Shown here piece after piece: positions 12,119 through 23,154 of a stretch of 64,000 nucleotides of DNA. The translations under genes and the position numbers were made by a program. Origin of the DNA: Azolla caroliniana (Eukaryota; Plantae; Polypodiophyta); NCBI GenBank assembly GCA_043228905.1, contig JBHGNT010000005.1:5828001-5892000 (forward strand), written 5' to 3'. The stretch's first letter is position 1. Every line of letters starts with the position of its first letter. The notes beneath the pieces were generated by a model. That model saw nothing but the letters and a program-made list of their open reading frames with translations. It was not told the DNA's origin and made no database searches.

Positions 12119-13175
12119 ATGCTCAGCCGCCATCGCCGCCTGTCTCGTCCTCCCTTGAGGGATTTCTCTAACCAACAGGCACAGGCACAGGCACAGGCGA
12201 ATCTTCTTCCTTCCCCCGCCGCTCCCACCATCTGCACCATCGCTCCCCATAGCCGCCATACTTCCCCATCCTCCGCCTCCCCCGACGCCTTCCGCACTGG
12301 CCCCGCCGACCTGTCTCCTCCTCCTTCCCCCGCCCCGGCTCAAGCTGCGCTCAAAGGTTGTTCGTACGTTTCCTTCTTCCTTTTTTTTTCTTTTCTTTTC
12401 TGCTCCTTTTACCTGGAGAAAGCCTCAGAAGGAAGGTTGCTCAGCTTCTTTGAGCGTTTCTTTTGTAACAATGCCCTTGCAGATTTGAACTACATGGAGG
12501 TGGACTCCAGTGTCGTCGTCTCCACCCCTCGAGTTAAGGTTCTTGAGAAACAAGCATCTCCTTCGTCTAAGGGAAGCCTTGTCACTTACAGCCGCAGAAA
12601 GCCTCCTTCATATGTCAGCATGAGCTGTCCTCCACCCGCCAATCACCAGTGCCACCGCAGAGACAGGCATGCATTCTCGTCTCATATTCCACAAGCCTTT
12701 GGATTTCAAAATCTATATAGATCAAGCGCAGCTCGCAGATTGTTTGAGGTGTTGGAAAGCAAACTAATCGGGTTTGAAACGTAATGTACAGAAGAGGGGC
12801 TGATGACGACTGGAACAATACAAGCCGTGTCAAGAGGGGGTTTTCTGCAATGATCTTCGATGGAGAAGACACCAATATGCAGGTGATTGTACTTCTATTT
12901 TCCGTTTCAATGATTTCCATGTTCTCTATGTCTGGTTTAAGCAGATATAATTGAGAAATGGGTAGCAGTAGGCAGATCTAAAGGCGTCATATTCCTATGA
13001 TGTTTGAAACCGAATGCAGGTGGCTGCCTCGAAAAAGATGCGGAGGAGGTCTCTCCCAAACATGCCAAAATGGCTTCCTAAGGATTTTGTGTCAGAGCAG
13101 AAATACCATTTTGCAGAAGTAGATGCATTTCAGCTCATAGAGGAAGAGGGAGACCTGTCAGAAGAGGAAGATTAG
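12119..13175 (+). CDS. Sororin-like cohesin regulator (WAPL antagonist), 4 exons
   Basis: Exons 12119-12356, 12483-12666, 12792-12882, 13020-13175. C-terminus LPKDFVSEQKYHFAEVDAFQLIEEE matches the Sororin C-terminal domain pattern. YSR motif (TYSRRK). N-terminal D-box RPPLRDFSN. The in-frame model needs a GC-AG intron 2. Confidence 0.78.
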
Positions 13176-15890
13176 CCTTTGGTAATGGCTGAGCCATTAC
13201 AGCCTATGGTAATGCTCAGGGGGAGCTACATAGAATCTCCTGATTCTACAACCATGTATTCATCATGTTTCCACCGTGAAAACTTTTTCATGTGAATCTA
13301 TGTATTGTTGCTTCTCGTTAGGCCCGCCACTGTGAAGGCTGTACCAGATTTTCTATAAATAATGCTACCACAAGCCTTTTCTTTTTTAAGTTTGAGAGGT
13401 TGCAAATGTTTCATTTTCATATATTAGCATCCAATATCCATTTCACATCAAAGTTGGAATCCATCATTTGTTAGTCATTTCAAAGGTTGCAGATGACTGA
13501 ACATCTTCTCATATTTTCTGTAAAAGAGGGGATAAATATTTGCTCTTACAGTAAGTAGAAAGAAGATGATTCTCCTTATTGTTGTAGGCATTCACAGGGT
13601 TTTTTCTGGACATATCTATGTTGATTCCCCTTATACAAATTTTAAAAGAAGTTGGTGAAGTTGCCATTGAAGACAAGTTTTGGTGATGCAAATAGCAAAA
13701 AATGAATTTTATGTTATCTCAAAAAAAATTCGACATTTCACCAAAAGAAATGACATAATAATTGATGAAAATCCACAATGAAAATGTAAAGCTGGTGAGG
13801 CTTATGACGGAAATGCTACTATGTCTCTATCAGTTCTGCCTTAGCTTATGTACTTGCTGTACTATTGGCTCCTCCATCTCAGATTATAGGTGATGCCACA
13901 CTATTGTAACTCTGTTGTTGCTATACCTCACTGTATTTATATTTTGTAAGATGCATGATGTTGAGAGCTATGGTCAAGAATATTTTGTCTGCACATTGTC
14001 ATGTGGTCTGATTCACCGCTATTTAAACTGTGCTTGATTGGATCCACAATGACTAGTCTGCGAAATGGGATGAACACAATAGTGGCAATCAATTGCAAAA
14101 TTTAGAGTAAAACCATCCCCCTGCCTTTGACAATTGACTTGAACGAGTTACCAAGCTGTTGTCAATAATAGAGATCACAGCCCAGCATGATGAAAGGGCT
14201 GGATGTTTTTTAAGAAATGTTTTAGAAGTAAATATTATATAGATAAGTTAAATAGACTTTATAAAGGATGCCCTCTTATTGGAATGTCATAAGTGGGATA
14301 TGAGGTGATGTGTCTTACAACCTCAACTTTTTGTAAACTTATATATGCATGACACATCATGCAAGTTGTAAAATTTACATCAAGGGAACTTGGCAGTGGC
14401 ATTGGGATTAGTCATAATCTGAAATTAAGTAATCGGACAGATGATAACACTGGACGATGTACCATCACTCATGGTATAGATGAACAACTTTCCAAATTGA
14501 CTATTGTGTAGGTCATGTTTTTCTTCAAAATTTCATGCTTTAAATAAATTTAGAAACTGTTGTTTTTATCTAAATCGTTGACTAGAAGCTGATCATATCA
14601 GTGCTAGGGATGAAGAATTGGAACATTTATGCTAGAGGCTACAAACAAACATTTCTATGGTTTTCTTGTCAACAAAAATGATGAGTAGGGGCTATAACCT
14701 GATTGGGCACATTTTGGCTAGACAGGTGGTGTGTAGACTACAAACATTTCTATAGTCTTCTCATCAACAAATGGAAATGATGAGTAGGGTATGTAACCTG
14801 TTTTGGGCCACTTTGGCCAGGAGGTGGCACATTTATGGCCAAATCAACGTCTCCATTAGCAGTCTGATGAAGATCTCTATGAAGATGGAAGTAAATAATG
14901 CTTGAAATAGTGAAAGAAACAAATTAACAATTGTGCTGGAGGAATAGATTGAAGAATAAACCAGAAGAATCCACGGCATATGACTTTATTTTCCTGTTAT
15001 TCTAATTTGAAACAGAAACATATTGCAACGCTGAAACCGCAGAATCCATGGCACAACACTTGAAATAGGCTTATGTGTGCATTTGGACAGGTTCATTGCT
15101 GTATATATTGATTGATACTTTAATGAATGGTCTTGTAACAACCATGACATATAATGCAAGGGCTTACCAAAATAACTACATATCATATGCTACCAGAGAT
15201 AATTCAAATCTATAATTCTCTCCTAATATCATATATGGTTTTAGGAGGATACCCACGTCCAAGAGAAGGGCAAGCATTCTCCAAACGTGGACAAAAAAAT
15301 TGTGGCATTTCCATTTGTTCTCTATCTGCTATGCCAGCCTTAAATATTTATGTGGCATCAACCAGATATGCACTTCTCAATGTGATCATAATATAGTTGA
15401 AAGTTTGTTATTGAGTTCAAATCTTCAAGATATGCATTAAGTCTTTAACAAGAACTTGGTACTGTTATTGTATCATCAAGTCAATGAAATTTTGAGCAGT
15501 CCCTATGTGATTATGACTATGAGCTGCATCAAAAATTAGTATCGAGTCAAGTTTCATCTAGTCAGTGTAGCAGAATGCTAAGCACTATTCACTAGCATGA
15601 AATCCTATATACAAGGTCTGGCAGCATTAGCTGGTAACAGCTTTACTGGTGATCAATTGATATACACCCCACATGTTTATTAACGAGGAGTACCATTATA
15701 GCAGGCAATCTGAAGAGTATCTGCTAGAAAGTTTGGGTTGATCTTGTTGATGTTGAATTGCTTCCTGAGATAAAATGTTACTTAAAACAAACCACTGTTT
15801 AGACATAGCCTCATACATATTCCCCGACACAGCAGAAACTCAACCAAAACATCAGGAGGTATATCAGTATAGTACACCTATCTCTTCGAC

Positions 15891-18362
15891 TTAATCAAAA
15901 TCCCAGCTTTCCACAAGTGCTCCTGCTTTCTGTCTTGAGATTTCTACCGCGGCTGCATAATCTTGCAATCCAGCCTCGGCATAGATGTTGGACATGAGAA
16001 TATATGCAGCTGCCTGCTTGGGCTGCAAATGCACGGCATGATCAAATGCTCTTTTCCCCAGCTTCACATTGCAATGCTGTCTACACGCACCTAGCAAACA
16101 CAGCCAAAACGCTACGTCAGCTTGCATGGGCAAGCTATCAAGCAGGGTTTCTATTAACGTGAAGTTTCCCGCACGCCCAAGAAGGTCCAACATAATGCTA
16201 TAGTGTTTTAAATCAGGTCGGATGTGGTAGTCTCTACTCATGGATTGGAAGTATTCCAGGCCTTCAGCAACAAGGCCTGCATGACAACAAGCTGATAAAA
16301 CTGCAGAAAAAGTGACTTCATCTGGCATCAAGCCAGCCCAAGTCACCATCTCAAACATATGTAAACAGGCCACAGCGTTTCCCTCTCCAGCATGACCAGC
16401 AGTGTATGCAGTCCATGACACAATATCCGGCTCTGATACCCCATTAAAGATCACTTGTGCATCTTTCATGCTTCCACAATCTGCATATGCATGAATTAGG
16501 GAGGCTGCTGTTGAGTGCATCTGATCATATCCAGCACAAATTATGGCAAAATGAACTTGAGAGCATAATTCTAAGTTCCCCATGCGACCACAAGCTTGCA
16601 GAACACAGTTCACTGCTACATCATCTAGTGGCACCTCTTCTTCTTCCATTTCTCCATACATCTGTATAGCTTTGTCTGCTTGGCCCTGTTCTAATAATCC
16701 TGAAAGAATTGCAGTCCATGAAAGCATAAGTGTAACGTCATCCAGGCTCACCTGCTGATCTTTCATTTGTCTATACAACTCTAGAGCTTTTTTGCCTTCA
16801 CGTTGTTCAATATACACTGAGAACATTGCTGTCCATGACACGGTATCACATTGGGACATTGATCTGAAGACATCCTCAGCTTCTTTGATGGCCCCACACT
16901 TACCATACATATTCACGAGTGTAGTGCCAATGAATGGATACAATATAAAGTCATTCAAGCAGGCATCTAGATGTAAAGCTTCTCCAATGCTGAGTGACAT
17001 TAGTTTGGAGGGTTCCCCATTTATAAGGATGGACTTTTCCATCTCTGCCAGTGAAGCACATGCTTGGAGAGCAATCAAAAACGTTAATAAGTCTGGAGTA
17101 ACACCTTCATTTTGCATTTTCCAGTATAAAAGCAAAGCCTTGTCCCCATCATTCTGGTCAACATAAGCTGATATCATTGCATTCCAAGACGCTATATTTT
17201 TCTGAGATATTAAATCAAAAGCCACCTCTGCTTTGTCAATGGCACCACATTTACCATACATATTTACAAGTGTGGTTCCAACAAATGCATCAGTTTCCAT
17301 GCCTCTCTCATGAGCAAATGCATGTACAGCACACCCTATTTCTAGAGACATAGGTTTAATTGATCTTCCTTCTACCAGTAATGCCTCTTCTTCTTCTGCA
17401 AGAAGAACACAAGCTTGCAAAACAGTAACACATGTTAGCTGATTTGGGCTCATGCCTTCCTCTTGCATCTGCCTGTACAATCGCAATGCATTTTCCCCTT
17501 GGCCCTGCTCCACGTATGCCGAGAGCATGGCCGTCCAAGACACTGTATCCCGACAATACATTGCGACAAAGACATTCTCTGCTTCAACAAGTGCTCCACA
17601 CTTACCATACATACTAACAAGTGTGTTGCCAACAAATGCATCTGATGCCAAGCCTCTTTTCCGAGCATCCTCATGTATATGCATTCCCCTCACAAGATCC
17701 CCCATCCTACCACAGGCCTTGAGAAGGACAACAAAAGTAAAGCTGTCAGGATCAATCCCTTCTTCTTGCATATAGTGATGCATTTGGAGGGCATCTCGGT
17801 CTCGGCCACACTCAAAGAATGCAGAGATAATGGCCGTCCATGAGAAGACCGTGCGGTGAGGCAGCTTGCGAGCGGTTTCCCATGCATCATCTACAGCACC
17901 ACACTTGGCCAGGGTGACCACAACATAATCACCCAGGTATCCACTCAGTGCACCTTGCTGCAAGACATGGTCTCGCACGTGCATGGCGAGAGATTTGGAC
18001 CTGGTCTTGTTGCAGAGCCTGAGCGCAGTCAGGTAATCGAGGTGGGTGGGATGGCCTCCCATGTCGAGTTGTTCCTGGCGAGGCAACTCATCATCATGTG
18101 TATGCATTGAAACTACCCTCCTACTCCTACTCCTACTCCTACTCCTCTGCTGCAGCTGCATCGCTCTATACAATTGCAGGTCATTGCTGCTGCTGCTGCG
18201 AGATTCATTCACTTGAGACAGAGTGGAGGGAGAAGCTGCTATCTCCCAGTGGCGTCTCCGACCCTGCTTTGCTTCTGGAGGTCTCTGGACAAGAAACAAC
18301 ACATCCTGCTCCTTGCCAATCTGAAGGTCCAGTAACAGCAGCGATGGCGGAGACAGGTTCAT
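15891..18362 (-). CDS. PLS-class pentatricopeptide repeat protein with E domain, no DYW (organellar RNA-editing factor type)
   Basis: Intronless 823-aa ORF with repeated SWTAMLSAY / TFVVLLKAC / TLVNMYGKCG P-L-S triplets. It ends in KHYSIMLDLLGRAG...WLCLLGACRQH...AAYILMSNIYA (E1/E2). True start codon uncertain. Confidence 0.93.
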   Translation of the reverse strand: MNLSPPSLLLLDLQIGKEQDVLFLVQRPPEAKQGRRRHWEIAASPSTLSQVNESRSSSSNDLQLYRAMQLQQRSRSRSRSRRVVSMHTHDDELPRQEQLDMGGHPTHLDYLTALRLCNKTRSKSLAMHVRDHVLQQGALSGYLGDYVVVTLAKCGAVDDAWETARKLPHRTVFSWTAIISAFFECGRDRDALQMHHYMQEEGIDPDSFTFVVLLKACGRMGDLVRGMHIHEDARKRGLASDAFVGNTLVSMYGKCGALVEAENVFVAMYCRDTVSWTAMLSAYVEQGQGENALRLYRQMQEEGMSPNQLTCVTVLQACVLLAEEEEALLVEGRSIKPMSLEIGCAVHAFAHERGMETDAFVGTTLVNMYGKCGAIDKAEVAFDLISQKNIASWNAMISAYVDQNDGDKALLLYWKMQNEGVTPDLLTFLIALQACASLAEMEKSILINGEPSKLMSLSIGEALHLDACLNDFILYPFIGTTLVNMYGKCGAIKEAEDVFRSMSQCDTVSWTAMFSVYIEQREGKKALELYRQMKDQQVSLDDVTLMLSWTAILSGLLEQGQADKAIQMYGEMEEEEVPLDDVAVNCVLQACGRMGNLELCSQVHFAIICAGYDQMHSTAASLIHAYADCGSMKDAQVIFNGVSEPDIVSWTAYTAGHAGEGNAVACLHMFEMVTWAGLMPDEVTFSAVLSACCHAGLVAEGLEYFQSMSRDYHIRPDLKHYSIMLDLLGRAGNFTLIETLLDSLPMQADVAFWLCLLGACRQHCNVKLGKRAFDHAVHLQPKQAAAYILMSNIYAEAGLQDYAAAVEISRQKAGALVESWDFD

Positions 18363-18475
18363 ACGCGAGATGGGAAGGAGGAGGAGATATCCTTTCTGTT
18401 TCCTGTAGGCTGCTCCTCTTCTTCTTCTCTACATTTCTCTATCTAAGTCATCTCTTCTACTTCTTCTTCTTCTTC

Positions 18476-18759
18476 TTTGGCAAGACTTGAACCTACGACC
18501 TCTAATTTAGAGATAAGGGATTTCTCTTCTTCTTCTTCTTCTTCTGCTTTGGCAAGACTTGAACCTACGACCGTTAATTTAGAGGTAAGGGCTTTCTCTT
18601 CTTCTTCTTCGGCTTTGGCAAGACTTGAACCGACGACCTCTAATTTAGAGGTAAGGGCTTTCTCTTCTTCTTCGTCTTCGGCTTTGGCAAGACTTGAACC
18701 TACGACCTCTAATTTAGAGGTACGGGCTTTCTCTTCTTCTTCTTCTTCTTCTTCTTCTT
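18476..18759 (-). repeat. Tandem array of four tRNA-like (SINE-head-like) ~55-bp units separated by (CTT)n
   Basis: Units start at 18476, 18548, 18614 and 18683: TTTGGCAAGACTTGAACCTACGACCTCTAATTTAGAGGTAAGGGC. The reverse complement contains GAGGTCGTAGGTTCAAGTC, which resembles a tRNA variable loop plus B-box. Confidence 0.85.
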
Positions 18760-18841
18760 GTGGGTTGTTCCTTTTGGCATGGGAGCCTCTTCTTCCTTAG
18801 AGTGTCTCACTCCGATGTAAACACACAATTATATTGTGGTG

Positions 18842-19067
18842 CATAGTACGTAAATTTCGTGTTCGTCTAGCATAACATTCGTTTTCCTACGTTGGAAAAC
18901 GAATGCGAATGTTATTCAAACATTCTTGTGTTTTTTTTTTGTTTTTTTCCATATTTTAGGCTTATTTACCTCATAATAAATAGTTAATCCAAAAGTATGG
19001 TATTTATCATTCTTTGAGGGTGTTTTTCTTACGCGAATGTGAATGCTATGTTGTGGTTCATACTATG
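18842..19067. mobile_element. hAT-type MITE
   Basis: TIR CATAGTA...TACTATG; perfect 8-bp TSD TTGTGGTG (18834-18841 and 19068-19075). Confidence 0.88.
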
Positions 19068-19531
19068 TTGTGGTGTGCATGTGTTTCTTTATGCCACCCT
19101 TTTAGCACACCCTTTTTAGCTAAGTCAACCAAATAGGTACCTTTGTATCAACTATAAATTGAATAAGAATTAAGAAGCTAACAAGGCTGGTTTTGTTCTC
19201 TTATGTGCATATCACAATATTGATAAGCGATTGTGGAAAAAAAAACACTACAATGGTATCATGACTAAGTGGTGTCACTGCCAAATAGGCGAGACGCACA
19301 CTCCACCAACTAGGAAAGAGTTTTCGACTCACTCCAATAAAATATTAATTGTCACCGTAAATACTCCTTTCCAACTTTCGAAGATATGCTCCGATTCCAT
19401 GGCCTACCATCCGATACAAAAAACATTGTGCATATCCCAATTATAATACAATCCCCCTGATAATATCTCATAAAAAAAGAGGATGACAATCACCATCTCT
19501 AATCTCCAGTTGCACCAATTGTGCAAACACC

Positions 19532-19943
19532 TAACAATCGGCAACGGTTCGAGAGGGTCAAAACTGAACTGAACCATGAAACTATTAAACCGAACCATTT
19601 AAAAAAATTTCAAACCGTTATGTGATTAAACAAGTAAACCCGTGGTTTTGTGGTTCGGTTTTGGTTTTCAGGTTAGATCAAATTTTAAATTTCCAAAATT
19701 TCCAAAATTTTAAGATTTTCCTAAAATGTGAGAATAAGGTACGAAAATGAAAAGATGGTTTTAAAACAATTTAATTTAAAAAAAAAATAAAATAAAAAAT
19801 AAAAAACCGTCACACCGTGGTTTCTAATGGTTGAAACTAAACCAAACCGTTAAAAAAACCCGAACCTGAGCTGAACTGTTTAAACCGTTAAGCTATGGTT
19901 TCGCTGTTCAGTTGAGTTCAAACCGAACCGTTGCCGATTGTTA
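19532..19943. mobile_element. hAT-type MITE
   Basis: 20-bp TIR TAACAATCGGCAACGGTTCG; perfect 8-bp TSD CAAACACC (19524-19531 and 19944-19951); AAACCG subterminal repeats. Confidence 0.92.
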
Positions 19944-20882
19944 CAAACACCTATAATCTTTAAGAAACAACCATTATTGCATACAATCTCAATTTGTGTG
20001 GATTTGTGCAAATAACAGGTAGACAACGCGACGAAACTTGCCAAGCCAGAGAGATTTAAGCCCAAAATTTACAAGAAATAGGTTGGATATCATATGAAAT
20101 CACGAGTACTATTGTCCACCTGAACATCGGAAAAGAAGCAATTATTTATTGCTAACTCACATGTCTTTAGGGGTAATCCTGAAGGAGAGCCCCCAAAAGA
20201 ATCAATTACTTTCCAAAAGGAGACACTTTGCTAAAAGTGGCAATTCATAATGCCAAATATATTTATACTAAAGGTGCTCATCACGATTATTTATTTATTA
20301 GATTGCGGTCAGTTCAGGTGAATAACCTGCATAATTCTTATTATGATGAAATATTATGTATATATTTGGTCATATATGTATGGAAACGAAACGAGTGTGT
20401 GGGGTCGAATGAGTGAATGAATGAATTCAATTAAGGAAATCCATCCATGGCCATAGCCATTACAGATTTGCAGCAGCAGCAGTATTTCATATTTCGCCAT
20501 TTCATTATATATTCCTATTTGCAGCAGATTATTAGTGTTTTTTTTTGTTTTATGTATGTAAATTCATACCCCCCCCCCCATCCAAAGGGTGCGCAGGCGG
20601 TTGTTTCTTCTTCTTCTTCTTCTTCTTCATTGCGTTGCTTTTGTTTCCTTATCTGATCTCCCTGTTTCGTAAGTATTTTGCCTGTTTCTCTGCTGTGTCC
20701 CAGAACAGGCCCTCTTTTTTTTTGGCCTCCCTCCCTTCGATCGATCAATCTCTGTATATCCCCTTCCCACAGATTTGCTGTCGATGCATATATAGCATCC
20801 GTCCATCCATCCATCCATCCATCCAGCAGGAAGGAAGGAAGGAAGGAAGGAAGGAAGGAAGGCCTTTGCAGGGACAAGTAAT

Positions 20883-23154
20883 ATGGGAGAGTCCGGCACT
20901 GCAGCCACAGATCAACAAGCGGCCCTCAAATCAGACGATGCACGTGCGGCATGGCCGTCCCTTGTCAAGTACAACAACCCCAGCGTCGTCACCACCAAGG
21001 ACTCTGCTTCCCTCTCCCAACACAAAGACAAGTTGAAATCTGTATGCACTACTTTGTACTGCTTTTAAATATATGTGCATCTGTGTGTTCATTTTCTTGT
21101 ATGTATATATATATATATATATATCTAGCAGAAATTCTAATTCACGAGAAATAGATGATCGTTTTACTCTCCAGACATCAAACACTGTATTAAACCATTA
21201 TAGAACCAAAAGTAACACATTTTCTCTTAGGGTTATGTGTGTAGTTGAGAGATGAATACATGTTCCAGAATTTTACAAATCAAAGGGTGCAATTGAGAGT
21301 GCGCATTGTGACTCTAAGAGAGAGAGGGAGGGAGTTTTCTTACATTCTCCATTCTTAATACTAGTTGTATATCATGTGTTTATTTGGATACATGGCACAT
21401 GCACACACACATACACTAGAACAAGAAAGCAGGCGCGGAACAGCAAAAACCAAGCATATTGCAAACAGAAGATGTCCTGGATTCTCTTCTGCCACCAAGG
21501 CACGTTACATTCTCTTTGCAAAATGAAGTGTTGTTACGTACATTATACATGCATATGCATTAGATATAGACAATTATAGGATGTAAATAAGTACTTATGT
21601 TGTATGCAAACTAGCAGGATATGGTCAGATGAAGGTGCTAAGTATATCCAACATGTCTCCAGCTCCCCTGCAACTAGGCTCGATGTTGTCAACCTTCAGG
21701 CAAGATGTCAAAAAGACATAGTTACTGTTATCTTACTCCAGTTACTGCTATCTTACTCGGGATTCCCAAAATGTTTGCATTCAATGATATTCAGGAGAAG
21801 TTGGACCAGGAATTGCAACGGAGACAAGCTCGTGAGACAGGAATTTGTCCCATCCGAGAAGAGCTCTATGCCCAGGTTTAATTCAACTTATTAATGATCA
21901 TGACACCTCTAGTTAAAGGGATCAATCTTGAAATATGTAAGGGCCAAATGGAAAAATGTATGTGAAGCTCTTAAGCCTTACTGTCTTCAATGTTGGGTCG
22001 ATATGAACATTGTTGCCAGGAAAACAATAATTTGAAATCTGTTTATATATAAATTTGAAGGATTATAAACATCAAATCCTCGTGTGATATATATTTGCTT
22101 TAGATTTTTGTATCATGCAGTGTTTTGATGAGATCATCCGTCAAGTGACCGTGAATTGTGCTGAGAGGGGCCTCTTGCTCCTTCGAGTGCGGGATGAGCT
22201 TCGAATGGTAGTAAAACATCGAGTGCTGCCTAAATTAATCCATTATGAACATTTGAAAGACTTCTAGGGTATGTATCATTGCAGATTCCTTCATCATCAA
22301 CCTTTGCCTAGTTCCAAAAGGCTTTCACATAGATATCTGAGACAGTTGAGTCATGTAATTAGCTCTATTAGATGAAGCTGATTGTTACACATCTTCTGGC
22401 CTTATGCAGAAAATACCATAGTTTCCTGATCAATAGATCAAGCTATAGTAATAATAATGATATCTAATATTGGTTTAACAGCCATTAATTCATAAGACCA
22501 TTTGGTAAGCTGAACAGTATTGATTGGTTCTAGTAAAATAGGCTCGTGATCTGGTCTGACTAATTATATCTTGAAGCAATTTTCCAACAGACCATTGCTG
22601 CATATCAAACTCTCTACGAGAGTAGTGTTGCATTCGGACTAAGAAAGGCTTTGCAAGCAGACTGCGGGAAAGTTAACATGGAAACTCGAATTCAGCAGGC
22701 AAAGCTTTTTATAACCCCCAAGAATCTAAACTCTATAAGTTAATCAGGGATTTTCTCTGGTATTTCCCCTGAGAAAGATCAAAGATACTCAAATTGATTA
22801 GCTTTTTTTTGTTGTTTTGGATGTTTAAATAAACAGTTGGAGATTGAAATCAAGGAATTGGATCGCCAAGTTGCAGAATGGAAGGTGGGCTCCTTTCATT
22901 AGATTAATAAAGAATTTGATGCGCCGACTTGTCATTCATGTGGTGTCCACCTTCTTTACTTAAACTTTCTTCTTGTTTGATGCATCACAATAATATGCAT
23001 AATACAGAACAAATGTGATCTCATCGAGAAACGAGAGAGCGAGCGGAAGGCATATGATGACAAGAAACACGCAGAAGAGATCGCTTACTATACCAAGTCC
23101 AACAAACAATTGAAGACTCAGCTCGAAGCTTTCTTAGCTCCTGCAAAGAAATAA
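20883..23154 (+). CDS. DNALI1: Axonemal inner-arm dynein light intermediate chain p28 (DNALI1/IDA4), 8 exons
   Basis: Exons 20883-21041, 21420-21499, 21618-21699, 21795-21875, 22121-22207, 22591-22698, 22837-22884, 23008-23154. Translation SLVKYNNP...TEDVLDSLLPPRIW...VSSSPATRLDVVNLQEKLDQELQRRQARETGICPIREELYAQCFDEIIRQVTVNCAERGLLLLRVRDELRMTIAAYQTLYESSVAFG is the conserved p28 signature. Introns 2, 3 and 6 are GC-AG. Confidence 0.95.

Noticed and set aside
12119-12784. 221-aa single-exon ORF
   Set aside because: It reads through a pyrimidine-rich intron (12357-12482) and lacks the conserved C-terminal domain encoded downstream.
18476-18759. CRISPR-like repeat-spacer appearance, and ORF 18477-18800 (ARLEPTTSNLEVR repeats)
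   Set aside because: The spacers are just (CTT)n microsatellite, not unique sequences. The context is eukaryotic with no cas genes. The ORF is a by-product of periods divisible by 3.
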